A stretch of DNA of 64,000 bases. Origin: Balanoglossus misakiensis (Eukaryota > Animalia > Hemichordata). The DNA is taken from contig CM082593.2 of assembly GCA_040954595.2 (NCBI GenBank), positions 2,931,434-2,995,433 of the forward strand, written 5' to 3'. Below the pieces are notes generated by a model. That model was not told the DNA's origin. It made no database searches and worked only from the letters and a program-made list of their open reading frames with translations. The translations under genes were made by a program, and so were the position numbers. Below, in pieces: positions 1-13,628 of the stretch (its first letter is position 1; every line of letters begins with the position of its first letter).

Positions 1-2422
1 GCAGGTCACTATAAATATACAAGACTGCGAGGTCGGAGAATGCCATTTGTTTCTTGTGATCGATCAGGGGGCAATTTTAGGTGACGACGAGGGTTGACAC
101 ATCGGAAAGGATCTCCGGGAAGACTATTGCTTTTTTTTCTCTGCAGTGATGGATGTCGACTTCTAAACGTCAATTGAAGCGAAATGCAGTGTGTTGTTCA
201 ACTTCCTGACAAATTACCTCACAACAGTATATGCTATAGAGACCTCCAGTGCTACATTTACCCGGAATTTTGATTCCATCCGTCCGCCTGCTTGTCAGTT
301 TATTCGATCTGCGTTCTTTACACGTCTTAATTGCGCTATCATTGCCCGGTGTCTTCCTACTCCGGGGTTTCTCAGTGCACGTTGGCGAATTCTATCAGGC
401 CCTACCCCTATTACCATATCTTATCGTCTGCAAGAGCCCTGATGTTCATCTACGATCATAATGAACGGAACGCTCTAATCTGCGATCGTAATGTAACGTA
501 TAGTCTCGTGAGAGTTCAACCAAATGAATTCATCAAGAGGAGCCACGAGAAATTAAGTTTAAAAAACAAATGTGTTCACACGGGGGTCCCACCATTCTTC
601 CTCGCACGTTACTTCCGCTCGATCGTCAGCGGCAATAATTCATGCCGAACGGCGTATTTGATATTCATTTTCTAATCACAGTTCACTGACCCAGTCAAGG
701 TCAGCGTATACAAAATTTTGGTTCATCAGGAGAACACGTTGTCTCATTTTTTCCCTGTAGCTCTTTGCCTCACTGGGAACGAGCCCCCTTCTTATCAGTC
801 AGCGGACGTGTGATCACGAAGCCAACTCTCGCGGGTGATTTTACTACGAGAATTACAACATGATAGTGTACAAACTGTTTTCTCGTCATCCCCGAAGGCT
901 TCACACATTTTTCACGTCTACAAGTTATATATCTGTTATAGCCAGGGCCGCGCATCGTTCATTTTCATCACTGCTAAATCATGATCAGTCCTAAATTGAG
1001 ACAAATTTCACGACGAGGGAGAATTTAAGGGTCAGAACGATTGATATCAGCCCTGAGGATACTGTGACGTCAGAAACGGGTTACAGAATGCACGAGTTCC
1101 CTTTTATTTGTCAAAAGGCGCCAATCTCTCCCAGACAATAATTGTACGCGTCCAAACGGTCTTATTATGTCTTCTACCGTACTATACCTCGCCATTTTCC
1201 TTCATTGCAATCAGAAATGCCCCGAATTTATGTCGAATTATCACATGTGTATGATTCAGAGTAATTTTTTTCTCAAAGTCTCTGCCCTTTCGGGTCAGCA
1301 GTTAGCAATCTTATATTTTCGAAGCAACTAACTAAAATTGGAAAGTGACCCGGATGAAGTGATATTGCCGAAAATTATACCAGGACTGGCGCCACTCCAA
1401 TAAAATTGGAATATTGTGTTGTTATTTCGGGAACCAAACTGATTGAAGGCTTTCTTAACTATTTTGTCCCTCTAACTACATTTTAGTGCCGCACGTAACG
1501 AATGGGCGGGAAGAAGATGCATTTGAATGATTTGCATATTACTCTCCGATCAAGACAGGTTAAGTGATTATGGTTTAACCCCAGCGGAACTGTAACATTT
1601 ATGCAAATGAGAATAAATGATGATCTTGAGATCATGCATATTCTACTTACTTTGGTCAAGTCTTGACAGTGCTGCTATTAGTACAGATCTTCCTTGGTTT
1701 CGATGTTTCATTTTTATCCTTCTTATCAAACGAACTAGCGCTTGGATAAACGCGAATCTTGCTCTTGTGGAAGTTTCTGTTAGACGAATAAACAAATTCG
1801 AACTTTAAAACACTGGATGAATCATATGAAGACATGTAAGGGAGAGATCTATTGAATTAAACAGGAGTGTTCGATATTCTAAAGTCAATCGCATAATTGA
1901 ATTAATCGTTTAATTTAACAGATTGAATGTTAAGCTATATCAATACAATCTAGTCTATTGTGGTGCGATTACCATTTCAAGTGAATTTGGTCGTAATTAA
2001 GCAATAACGGAAAAGAGTTTAATTTGAACAGTGTGTTATTTGTTTTCGACGACAAAATGGCAAGAGTCGCATCTGCGGTCACTCGTATCAACAGCACCAT
2101 CTCTGAGAGAATCACTGTTTGCAAGTAGTCTTAATTGAAAATTAGAGGTAACGACTCGGGCATTTCGCTGACCATCCCACCGATGATGTGATGGACGATT
2201 GACTTAATTACTTCCTAGCTTCATTCACAATCCAAATGGGAGACAAAGAGCCAATATAGCTGATTCCATCTGTATCAATTATGCCTGATCTAATGTAGTT
2301 AAGTTTACACATCTCGTTAAGGCGGGCGCCACTGACAATTAAACCTGACATCGCGCATAGTCGTAGGTCCGTGCAATTAGGAATCAAGATGGCCGCTCCG
2401 AACAGCACATTGTACCACTGAA

Positions 2423-2438
2423 ATTTGCATATGCAAAT
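2423..2438. promoter_or_regulatory. Perfect 16-bp palindromic double octamer (POU-binding) ATTTGCATATGCAAAT
   Basis: Two canonical octamers directly abutting. Sox-type CATTGT at 2408-2413 and YY1-like CAAGATGGCCGC at about 2385-2396 lie just upstream. Confidence 0.45.
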
Positions 2439-5400
2439 AGTCCCCTTTTCACACTGTGGAGAGCAAGAAGAACCAAAGATTCTGTGCCATAAATTATTAC
2501 ATATCCAATAAGAAAAAACTGTTGCAAAAATTTAAATTTTTAGTATTAAATGACTCCATAATTACAAATGGTACTAAAAGTTTCGGTTACCTACAATTAT
2601 GACAATACAAAACCTTTCTCTCACTATGACGGTAGTCTGTCAGTGTAACTTATTCTCTTTAACGTTATCGTACTCCGACGGGAATATTATTGCAGATACA
2701 AATGAAATGCGTCTGTAAGTGAAAAGGAGAACGCCAGACGAAAGACGAAGCTCTTGTTGCCATTCTGTTTCCAAAGACAACAGTCGTCCTGCCCAGACTG
2801 GCTTCAGGCGCCATTTTGTTTTGGCGCGAAGTTCTGTTATTACTCGCTTTAAATGCCAGACTCACTTTTCTTCAACCCGCCACTCAAAGCACGGAGAAAG
2901 TGGTACTGCTCTCATTAAAGCACTCGAAAAGAAAGAGTCTGTCTGTGACTAAACTTTTACAATGGCGACCTTTGAACACGTTCATCGCATTCGATCGATA
3001 GTAGTACATGAACTTATTATTTTAGCTCAATCAATACAACTTAGTAATGTCTCTCTATCGTTGTACACCTATCCGGATATATTGTGCGCACTCTAAAACA
3101 AGGCAAACTGACGCCATCTTCTTAATGACTCCAAATTTGATCTAATTGTTTACGTTCAGAAAATCACCAACATTCTAAGACTTCAAACCACAGAGAAATT
3201 CGCCTTACCGAACACTTCCTTTTAAGTTAAAACAATTACTGGAGGTAACAATGCAGGTTAACAATGGATCATGGCAACTGCAGGATTTTGCTAAATGCCA
3301 TTCCTCCAACTGCCGCGTTTCGCAAGTAAAAAACCGCTAAAGTTTCCCGATAATCTAATATAGAGGCACGGGCCATTGGATGACACACCTAAGAAAATCA
3401 CTCTGATTTCAACTCATGGGTTGATGGGCGCCTAGCGACGAATGCTGTGGCGAGAACATACAACAAAATGGACTTGGAGAAAGATTACAGCGATAAATTC
3501 ATGGCGTATTTATTGCACACATCTATGATTACCTATCGCTGTTTTCCCACACGAATCCGTGCCAGACAAGTGTAATCGTGAAAGAATATATTTCATTTAG
3601 CGCATTTAGCGTGCCATATGCATGTTAAATGGTTTATTTATTTGGTTGTTCCGCTTATTCAGTTTCGGCATGTCTTTCGCTGTCAATATACAGGAAAGTA
3701 AAACATAGCAATTGAATTTCCTTGTAAACTTTGAGGTGACACAGTGGGCAATTTCGAGTCGTACATGCGACCCCTTAGTCTAAGGAAAAGTTACACCAAC
3801 AGAATTAGTCCAAAACTGGTTAAAGAATTGGTTATTTAGGCACGGGTACCCTCTAGCGACCATCGCTAGGGTATGTAAAGAAAGGTTAGTTGTAATGTTT
3901 GTCTGGTCTAATTCAATTGCAAAATTTGTACAATCAGACAAAATTGACGGATTTGACTGCTCCCAAGTTGGTAGCAGGTCAAGGGTCATTTACTCGTTCA
4001 TATCGTGAAATAAAACTCAAGGAAACGATGCACAAATTCCCCTCTCTCTTGAGAATTCGGTTTGTTACTTACGGACCACTGAATTGAGGGTTATTAATTT
4101 AGGCGCCACTTTTCATTGCGCGACAAAATTATTCATGAAAAGGTGAAAATCACCAAAAGCTGCCGAAAACCGCAGACAGGTACAGGGCTCACTGTATGCA
4201 GATGAAAATTCAAATTTTCACTTTTGATTCATTCCGACAATGTCCTCGTCGGAAATTTCACGTTTCAAATTGACTTTTGCACGTGTGCGCGATCTCTTCA
4301 ATCTCGGTATCCGAACAGACGACAATTTTTCCCCGTCCTTTCCACCTTTTCCTATCATTGTTTGATTCAGAAATGCTAATGCAACCTCGGGCTACACTTC
4401 AAGCCAGGTTGTTTATCTCAACAGCGAAATCCCATCAGTTGAATTTACACCACCCAAAAGACCAGGACAATCGCAATATTTAAGCCAGTAATGAAATGCA
4501 ATGTCATGATATTTTGATAAATCAAGTCTGAAACAGATGGAAATACAAATTGGAAAATTCCGCGTTGAATATAAATGAAAATGGTGGGATTTCAGATGGA
4601 AAATTAAAGATAAGTTATATTTGACCTCATAATTTCGGGGCAACCTGTCATTGAAGTGCAGATAGCTATGCAAATTTATTCAAATTAGCTACAGACGGAT
4701 CATGACTCAAAGGATCGAGCGAACACGTCTAGAATACTTGTCGCCGGAAATCTCTCAATCTTTCAAGCTCCAGGAACGATCATTTGAATTCAAGTCAGGC
4801 CAACGCGTCATGTCGCCCCGACGTATTCTCTTTTACAACATATCAATAGAAGGTAAATGTTTAAGTGCGAAACGATACATTTTGCAATTTTCAATGAACG
4901 CGTCGCAGCGGGCACGGCCCTGTTTTCGATTCCAGGCTTGGCGAAATGCCAGGCGGATGACGGAGGGAGCGGGTTAATCGCATCCACCTTTACTCCTAGC
5001 AGAACGAGTTCGAACAAGACAGAACCCCGGAATACCGACTTCCACACTCGGTGCTGAATAAGATTTGCAACAACGCGGAAACGCCTCTTAAATTTTCATG
5101 AATCCTTGCCGTGTACGTGCAGGTTTCAGTGTCTCGTTAGAATGCAATATTCGGCGATATTTAATATTGGCTATTTCATAGACCTTGGAAGTGTAAATTT
5201 AAAACGTCCCAAAGTGTTGTAAGATAGGTCCATAATGACAAAATATGGGATTCTCATTGAATTGGTACACCAATGCATGACAACACTGTGTAATTTCAGA
5301 AAATATGTAATTTCAAATCGATATCACCACATATTCAAAACTAAATTGGTGACATAAAAATGCGACCCGAGGCGTAGTTTAATAAGCAAATTTTGTTTAG

Positions 5401-8400
5401 GATGGCGTATTTGTAGCTAATATACGAGTTTGTCACCTGTGTATAGTCCAATCAGAGTCCGATTGTCTGACATTTTACAAATTCACACCAATGTTTAGCC
5501 TTCCGGCAAGGGTGTTATTCGTATCATATCTCTCTCCCCCTCGCATTGTTGACAGTAACAAGACAATTATGGCCAATCGGACACAATTGTCTCTTCCTTG
5601 AAAGTTTCTGCAGTTGTGATCCTTAGATGACGTCACTAATTATTCAGCGCACGTTTTTCACGGTGATACAATAGGGCCCACTCGAATCAATCAAAATGTT
5701 GAATTCGTTTATTGCAAAGGACCGGCTTAAATCCAGGGGGTCTTTTCTTGTCTTGTGCATCGCGACCCTCTCCCAATTTTAAAGATCTAGTCACCGTATC
5801 CGTGGTGTTTATCTCCAACAACTGCAGCGATTACTTGTAAATATTAATTTGGTATAAATGGGTTGGATAAAGTTAACACAAATACGCATAACTAATGTCT
5901 CTTTGATATGTTTATGGTTTTTTAAGCATTGGTCGCCATTGCTTTATTAATGGCGGGATAAAAGGACAACCGAAAGTTCTCCTCCAGGCGATGTCATGCG
6001 AAATGCGAATCCAATAATCATCAGTAAAAAGTCCCGATTTTATGAGAGTCACTTAAAATGCTCGAGTTTTACAATATATACGGCTTTGATCAGCTTGTGC
6101 GTAGACAAAGACAATATACATAAACTCTTTCGTCGATAGGACAGTATAGCAGGCTGACACACGCTACGCGACGTGAGTGAAGACATGACACGGGTGTGTT
6201 CGTGCGTTTGGGAGAACTTAATTCCCCGGATTTTGCGCCTGTCTTACAGATGCGCATCTGAAGACGGGAGGCGGGTGTTGCTAAGTCATCCACCGCTGAA
6301 TTTACGACTCTCAGATTACGTTTTTAAATGATTCGAGAGTAAGGTTTTGTTCCATGGGTAATTGATCTGTCTGTTCTCTCATCCATTCATTAACTCTTCG
6401 ATTTGTCCCACGGAGTGGAAAGAAAAAGAACAAAAGGGTGGTGTGATTTGTATTCTCTTCGCCGAGGCTAAGGTGACGCGACAAATCTGGCAATGAGAGA
6501 TCTTGTGATTTTACCAATGAGGCAGAGTTCACATAGCTCATTTCAGATGATATTCTGTTGATTTTTCTCATTGTTTGAGCGATCAATATGGCATTTATGG
6601 CCAGGGCGCGGTGACGGTAACCATGGAAGCATGATCCGCACTTTTGATGAGCGCTTGAAAGTACATCAACTGGTCTTTCTTTTGTTCGCCATTGTGTTTA
6701 ACAATAAGGGTTGTTTTCTAGCGATATTAACTTCGATGTAGTCAGTCCCAAGTAGTGACGATGGCGACGGATAACGTGTTCTGATGCGGCTAACCCGGTC
6801 ATTTCTCCCCGCTAATCTGCCAACCAAGGTAAATTAGCGAATCCCTGGAGTAGACAGGTCGGGATCAAACGATGCCGAATCTCGACATGCATATGAATAG
6901 AGAGAAGACAATGACAAGATAATGGGTGGGGGTGACTCTGCTCCAGACGGATGGACACTCGCGTTATTAGGGTTGGCGCCACTGCCTACCGTGTTCGAGG
7001 AAATGAATTGTGACTCACGACGAGAGCCCCTGAATTTGAGCGCCGGTCGAGTTTGATTAAGGTGAATGTTAACGTTTCAGTTGTGTGGTTATTAACCGTA
7101 TAACTTCATCCCTGTATGTTCTTGGTTAAATGTAGGTTAAGACTCGATCAGTATCTCGGGATCAGCTCTGGCGCAGTTAACTTGCTTTGCTGTAATGGGG
7201 CCAATCGAAATATTTGATTGCACTTTACCAAGCGTTGCGACCGGTACATTGTTGGCACAATACTGCGATTTGACGCTCCGCAAAACCACGAATTATGATG
7301 TCCTTAGTTAAAATCGTAATCGAAAATCTAGAAAACACAATGATGCGGATTCTAGTTAACGCAAACTCCGACCGCAAGGGGAAAATTTGAATGTTTGTGC
7401 CATTTGAATACACATTTGATCTCTGATGGATTGTTATGTATGTTTAGCCTGAAAGATTAATAAATGTTCTCAGATATCGTGTCGACAATGTTCGCCAGTA
7501 GCAAATCTGAATTTTGTACACTACACAGAAACCATGTGCCGATTATTCATCGGAAAGTGAACTGATTTAGTCTATCTGTCGTTTTATGACCTGTCATTCA
7601 TCGTTGTCACCGGCACTTCTTTGAGATTAAAGTTCATTATTTTTTTCAAATTATCTAATCAATGGTGACTGTTTGAGATTTGAGCTCGTTACTATCACAA
7701 GAAACACGCAATAAAATGCTTTCCATGGTAAAATATTTCCCTTCGTGGAATAAACGACTTTAACAACTAAAATAATTGCAATTATACCAGCCAGGTCCGT
7801 AAGTAAATTAAATCTATCGAAACCTGCGACAAGAACGTTGCCGCCTAATAATCGATCCGGGATAAGCTTATAGGTTACGGAATATTTATAATGAAGTGGG
7901 GGGGGGGTGAGGTTCGTGAACATTACGGTAGTAGTCAGTGTGAGCTTAATGCAGTACTGTTCATGTGATATTTTAACCATTTGCATTCTTAGATTTGGAT
8001 GCAAATGGATGATAGAACTCTCAGCACTAAATGAGTATACTGTCCACATGGCTTTGCGCAGATTTAGCGGTGTCGTCTCGCATTCTTAACCGTGCAATTT
8101 AAATCTATTTCAGCGCGACATAAATCCTACTTAAATGTGTTTATACAATCATTAAATAAATAAATCCATTGTTTTAACTACCTCATGTGTGTAATTCCCA
8201 GCGGTGCGCCCTCCTCTGTCTTCGTCTCACCTTGTGTTGTCTTGAGGGATTACTCCGTGCTTTGTTTCGTCCATTCCGCCGCGTTGCTCTCGGCGATTCT
8301 GATTCCGTTATGGTAATTATAAATTTCGTCTGTAGGATTCAGTCAATTTTGCCGGATCGTGACTGTAATGAAATATACGGCGCTTGGCAGATGTCGAATC

Positions 8401-11400
8401 GAAGGGTGCCTTTGTCTTGGGCCTTTTTTTGGAAGTTGCCGACTCTTAACCCCCGGCTATATACTGTCAAGAGAACGAGAAACGTTTGACTTCAGAGATC
8501 AAATTATCGGTTACTTTTTTTTCATGTACCGACGGGCGTTGCAGTGATAACGCGTCGCCTTCTGGCGAGTGCTGCATCAAGAAGAATCAAGCATCCGTCG
8601 TTAGCAGATGCCACATCTCATTAACAGTCACATCTCCAGATTCTCTGAACATTCATATCGCAGGGCACAGTAGAATTTTCGCCGTCATTATTGGAGAGAG
8701 TTCGCAAAACTTATACCCGCAGGCTAGTTTTCGTTCATGCTTATAGTCACAATAAAGCAATCGGCATTATCGGGTGATCGCATAGATGAAAAGTCACGGT
8801 GGAGTGGGCCCAGGGGAGGCGCAAATTTATTTGACCGTAAACAAGTGGGGTGAAAAAGTTAGGCGAATTTCAAACTTACCCTCGGGGTACACACACCCGT
8901 ATGTATCATAGAGAAGAAAAGTCCAGATCGTCCTCATTAGGTATTCAGGTCACAAGCCAGTTTTTTTCCGATCCCTGGGCTTTTCATATGCCATTATCTG
9001 TTACCCTACCATGAAAGACAACATCGTTAGCTAAATTACTTTCCGAACAGAAACAATCCAGATCGGGACCAATCAAATTAAACACGGGATATGATGGGAA
9101 TAGCCGCTGACATGGATCACATGGGCTCGGAAAAATTACCTGTCACTCAAGGCGAGACCTAAACAACTCGCCGCGTTTCGTATTCGCACCAGTGATGACG
9201 ACATTCTACCGCGTTCATGTATTGTATTATTTGCATTTTCTGCTAATTTGACAATCGCGTTTCACGCAACTTTGCAGTCTCGTACCGTGTGTTTTACGCA
9301 TTCTCGTTGACGTGTGAATACATTGTACCGCGCAGGTATATACAAGCTTTGTTTCCACGAATTAAACTTTCAAAATTCATGTCGATAACGTTGACATCAC
9401 TTTTGGCATTTCGACTGTGACAATTACCATTTCCTTCGCGTGCGAATGAGCTGTACCGTAGACGGTTGACGCCATCTCAACGAGAACTTGACCCTGTCCC
9501 TAAACGGTCTAGTCGAAACGGCTTACAGAAGGCGACGTGACCTGAAACTACACTCAAGTTTATGTCCTTTAGGGTGTGCGCCAAAGTTGTTGTTGATTGG
9601 CTGAGGGGCTCCAAGTAAGACGTGTAAAACGTGGCGATTGCCTAGTTCACGGTTCTCTGTGTTGAGCGACCGTGATTACTTAAAAACCCCGCCTTTGGCG
9701 AACCACTTTCTTTTTTTCTAACATTTTGCCATCCACGCCCAAGTACATACAGTCAGGATTCGTGTATCTTTGCGTACGATAACCGATTCCGCTATAAACA
9801 TAGGTAATGTCTAGCGGGAAACTGCAAGGCACCTTTGATGAATGTACGTAAACGGCGGATGAGATCTAAATCTAATTTTTCTTCGTTTATCTTAATGGCA
9901 CTGCGAGACTCACCTCTGACGGATCCGCTTGATGCAATTAGCGACAATCGAATTGTGTGTTATCGTTTTGCGCGTAAACAGGCGGGAATTGTTTTCGACA
10001 ACCGATAGACTTTGACATGTCCTGATTCTACCTTATCTCGCGCTCGCGGTGCAAGACTTAACATATGCTTCGGTATTCTAGCGAAATTTGGCAAAGTGAT
10101 GTTTAAAGTTGTATTCTTGACTCGTTACAGTGAGATAGTCAATGATGCCGACGGCAGCTTGATGCAAAAGGCAACTTTGGTCGTGCATAAAAATTTCAGT
10201 GTCCCTCGCAAGAACAACCGTTTGCCCAGATGTGATTATGTCATTATGAGGTACACGAAAACGGCGTGACGTATGTATCACGCCGAACCCTCAGGCTTCT
10301 CTAAGTTCCCACTACTGGCTTGTCCCCGTAATGCCTCCAAAATGTTTATTCCGTTTAGCTCATGTTTCTATTTTGGTTAACCTGGAAAGTACGACTCGTG
10401 TGACTATAACGGAGTTCAGTTCAAACGAATTATCGCCAAGAATTCTGTCTACTTGCTGTATACACTAAACCGTACCTGATCATACGCCAACTGAGGTCAC
10501 ACTTCAATTCAGAGGATCGCCTCAGCCCAATAAACTTCTCGGCCCACAACTCCAGCCGTCGCCATCGCAAGCACCATCTATAAAAGAAGCCAGGACACCT
10601 GTAGATAGCTAACATGCAAATCGTGGCTCGTAAATTCCCCGTGACACGTCATGGCATCAACTATTCCGAGAGCAACGTTCAACCCCCGTGGGCACATACA
10701 TCAAATTACTTGCACTTTACCACCGTTTCTGTGAACGTGTCCAACCTTTTGCCGTCTATGTAATCACGCGGCTATCATTTCGCCATTTTCGGCGCCAGCG
10801 CCCAGTAACAGACTCTAGCGCAGACACATAATAAACAAAGTCTCAACAAATGGAACTTGAATCGCAATTACCCAGCCAACGTGCCAACGTTGATTTAAAA
10901 CAACAATTACACAGACTTTTTGCTAGAGGAAAAACTATTCCGTTTTTGCCAAACAGATGATGGAATTTTATGATAAATGTTGCATACATGCCATTTAAGA
11001 CAATATATTCTGACTTTAAGACGGATGGCTGTCGACTCAAATTAACTGAACGATTCGTTATCGTTGTCGCATATCAGAATTGGTTAAAATAGTAATCTGT
11101 TTACCTTGCCCAGGGCTCGAGTTTTGGTGTATGTCTTCGTTGATTTTCCCAAACGTTGCTGCAAGTAGAAGTGTGAAAATTCAATGAGTCTTCGAGCATA
11201 ACCAATATATCAATAGTTTATTGTACATGAGTCATTCTTTTTGAAATTTCAAAGTTTCTGCTGGTGTTCTGTTTGTTTTCTCTCTCGCACGTTAAAGGCG
11301 ACACGTTGTCTTGGAGCTAACAGTCGCATGTGTTACGGTTACAGGAATACACTCACTTTTTTTCCGGGGTCACAGTTTTCCTAGCGGCGCAATTTGCCTT

Positions 11401-13610
11401 ATCTGTTCCCAATCTAGCTTTCTGACCCGGGCAAATCTTGGATATGATCTAAGAAGCTTTGGAATTTTCACGCCAGTGAACTAATCTTTCATTAGCGAAA
11501 ATTGCATGGAGTGTGTACTTCATACCACTTAGGCTGTAGGGAGACGACGAGTGTTCGCGAACAGGGCCCTCTAGTTTACTAATTCTTTTTTGGGAGTAGA
11601 TAGGTATGCAGTAGTGATTTGACACCTCTTTACGGATTGCCACCTGCTTCGCGATCCTTTGTACTGATTGGCCACGCGATTCAAGAGAACGACGTGACGT
11701 CAGTCGCATCTTAGTGGCTCGGTTTTGTCGGCAAATGCGATAGCAACTTGAAATGTCATCATCCGACATTTAGGATTGAAAACAGAACCGATATCTGGTA
11801 CTGCTGGATACCCTTTTCTGTGGGGGATACGCGGACTCTGATGGAATTACCGGATTTTAGCGGTGAAGTGGTTTGAAGGTGCCAAGTGTTAACAGCAAAG
11901 CCGGTCTGTTGACGCCAAACAGGTGCGATGGCGTAACACGATATTGAAAACACTCCTTGTTTGCATTCCCGCTTCGCCCCCATTGCATCAAACAAGATCA
12001 CATCCACAGATAAATAATTGACACAAACATATGACAACAATCAGTCCTAAATTACTCTTGTCGCTGCCTGTAAAAGTAGGGGTTTGAAAGGATAAACGAA
12101 ATAAAAAATATAAACCCCAGTGTACATGGAAAATAACTACTCTAATCCGTGTTCTCACTCCCTTGTTTTCTGACCACATCATTAAAGTGTTCGACTGTGT
12201 TCTTTTTTTTCCCGACGCGCCGCCATCGTCGTCACGTCTGGCAAAAGCTGTTAAAGTTTCGGATATCCATGTAATTGTAAAAATGATCCCCGAGCAGCTA
12301 GGCCACTATTGATCCAATTTAGTCTATCTAAGGTGTAAATTAAAGTGTATTACAGAGTTGAGTCTATACTCGGAAGGTGCGAACAAACGCCGGCGGCTAT
12401 TGATTACTACTGCGTTGGAGTTTCAAGCACTGCTGAAGTGTCGGTGACGTCACTTAACATGGCGCGGCATGCTTTACTTTCTATCCGGTTTTAACGACGG
12501 CCTCGCGAGTAATAATAAATATAATCGTTTGCCAACTTTTTTTATTAATATGGACTTGGAATTGCACATTATTTCCAAAAGTTCATATGGACAGAAGACC
12601 CCGCACCTGCTCACAAAGTGACGCGTTTCAAACGTCAACGAAAGAAAAAAAAATAACTGAGACTGTTAATTCCATTTTTAAATTGTTCTTACACTAAAGA
12701 CATCAGTACAAACAACTCACCAAATTAACTATGAGTCGGTGAACTTCTTCTGCAGTCAATGTTCGGGGGAGGGGAGTCAGAGTAGGAGGGCGGAATTCCA
12801 GGACCTCAGACTATTCCGAAGACTTGTCGGATTACCAATAGATGGAGACTCCACTACGGCGATGATTCATTCCTGAAATAGTAAATTAAGTCGACTTATC
12901 ATTCAAAGATGTAGGAAGTATTTGTAGTCTTGGCAAATTCATTTTCTCTTCTGAGACGCTCAGCGACTCGATTCCAATCACTTCTAAAACTAGTCATAAA
13001 TTTTAACGTGAAGGTTTAAGCAAAAGTAAGGCAGCTTATGTATATTGTGTGATACAAAGTAAAAAGGGCCCTTTTACAAGTAATAAATAAGACTCTATTT
13101 TGTCTACTGTCCGTTTTATCACCGATGGGCACTTTGTTAACTGTTGAGATGCGCTTTCGGGAAGCTGGAATTTTCCGGAGATTTGACGCGCCTTTGCGCG
13201 CTCATCATTTTAGCAGCACTTTCGATCGCCCGATTAATTAGTTTTAATTAATTTTAAGCCAAGCTTTGTGACAAACTGAGTTTATCTTCTGTGGCCTATG
13301 CACAAAATCTGAGCGAAACGCGAACGCACACTCCGTTTATTATTTCAAATCTGTCGAATACAATGAAAGATGTTACTTCCGATTTTTTTTAAATGAGTAC
13401 GAATGATTGATGGCAATATTTTTCGAATAGAATAGGCTGCTATGATTGTTATCCCTCAGAACAACGCTCGAAGCAACAATTTCGTGAAATATTAACATCA
13501 TTGAGGTATCTCTGTCCCATACCGGAAATTACGTTGTTCTGCTCACTGAAACATGCGGCGTCGGTGATCATTGGCGATCGCCTCATCTTGTGTGTATAGA
13601 TACTGAACAC

Positions 13611-13628
13611 ATTAATGACGTCATTAAT
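13611..13628. promoter_or_regulatory. Perfect 18-bp palindrome ATTAATGACGTCATTAAT (CRE flanked by homeodomain TAAT/ATTA cores)
   Basis: Read directly; full CRE TGACGTCA at 13616-13623. Confidence 0.45.

Noticed and set aside
741-840. Strong splice acceptor TTTTTTCCCTGTAG at 760, also superficially like the miR-10 seed
   Set aside because: No recognisable peptide or convincing donor follows, and the sequence diverges from miR-10 right after CCCTGTAG.
2317-2662. Possible TTAA-flanked MITE with a CACTGACA/TGTCAGTG inverted pair
   Set aside because: Only 8 bp are complementary and they sit at unequal distances from the putative TTAA ends.
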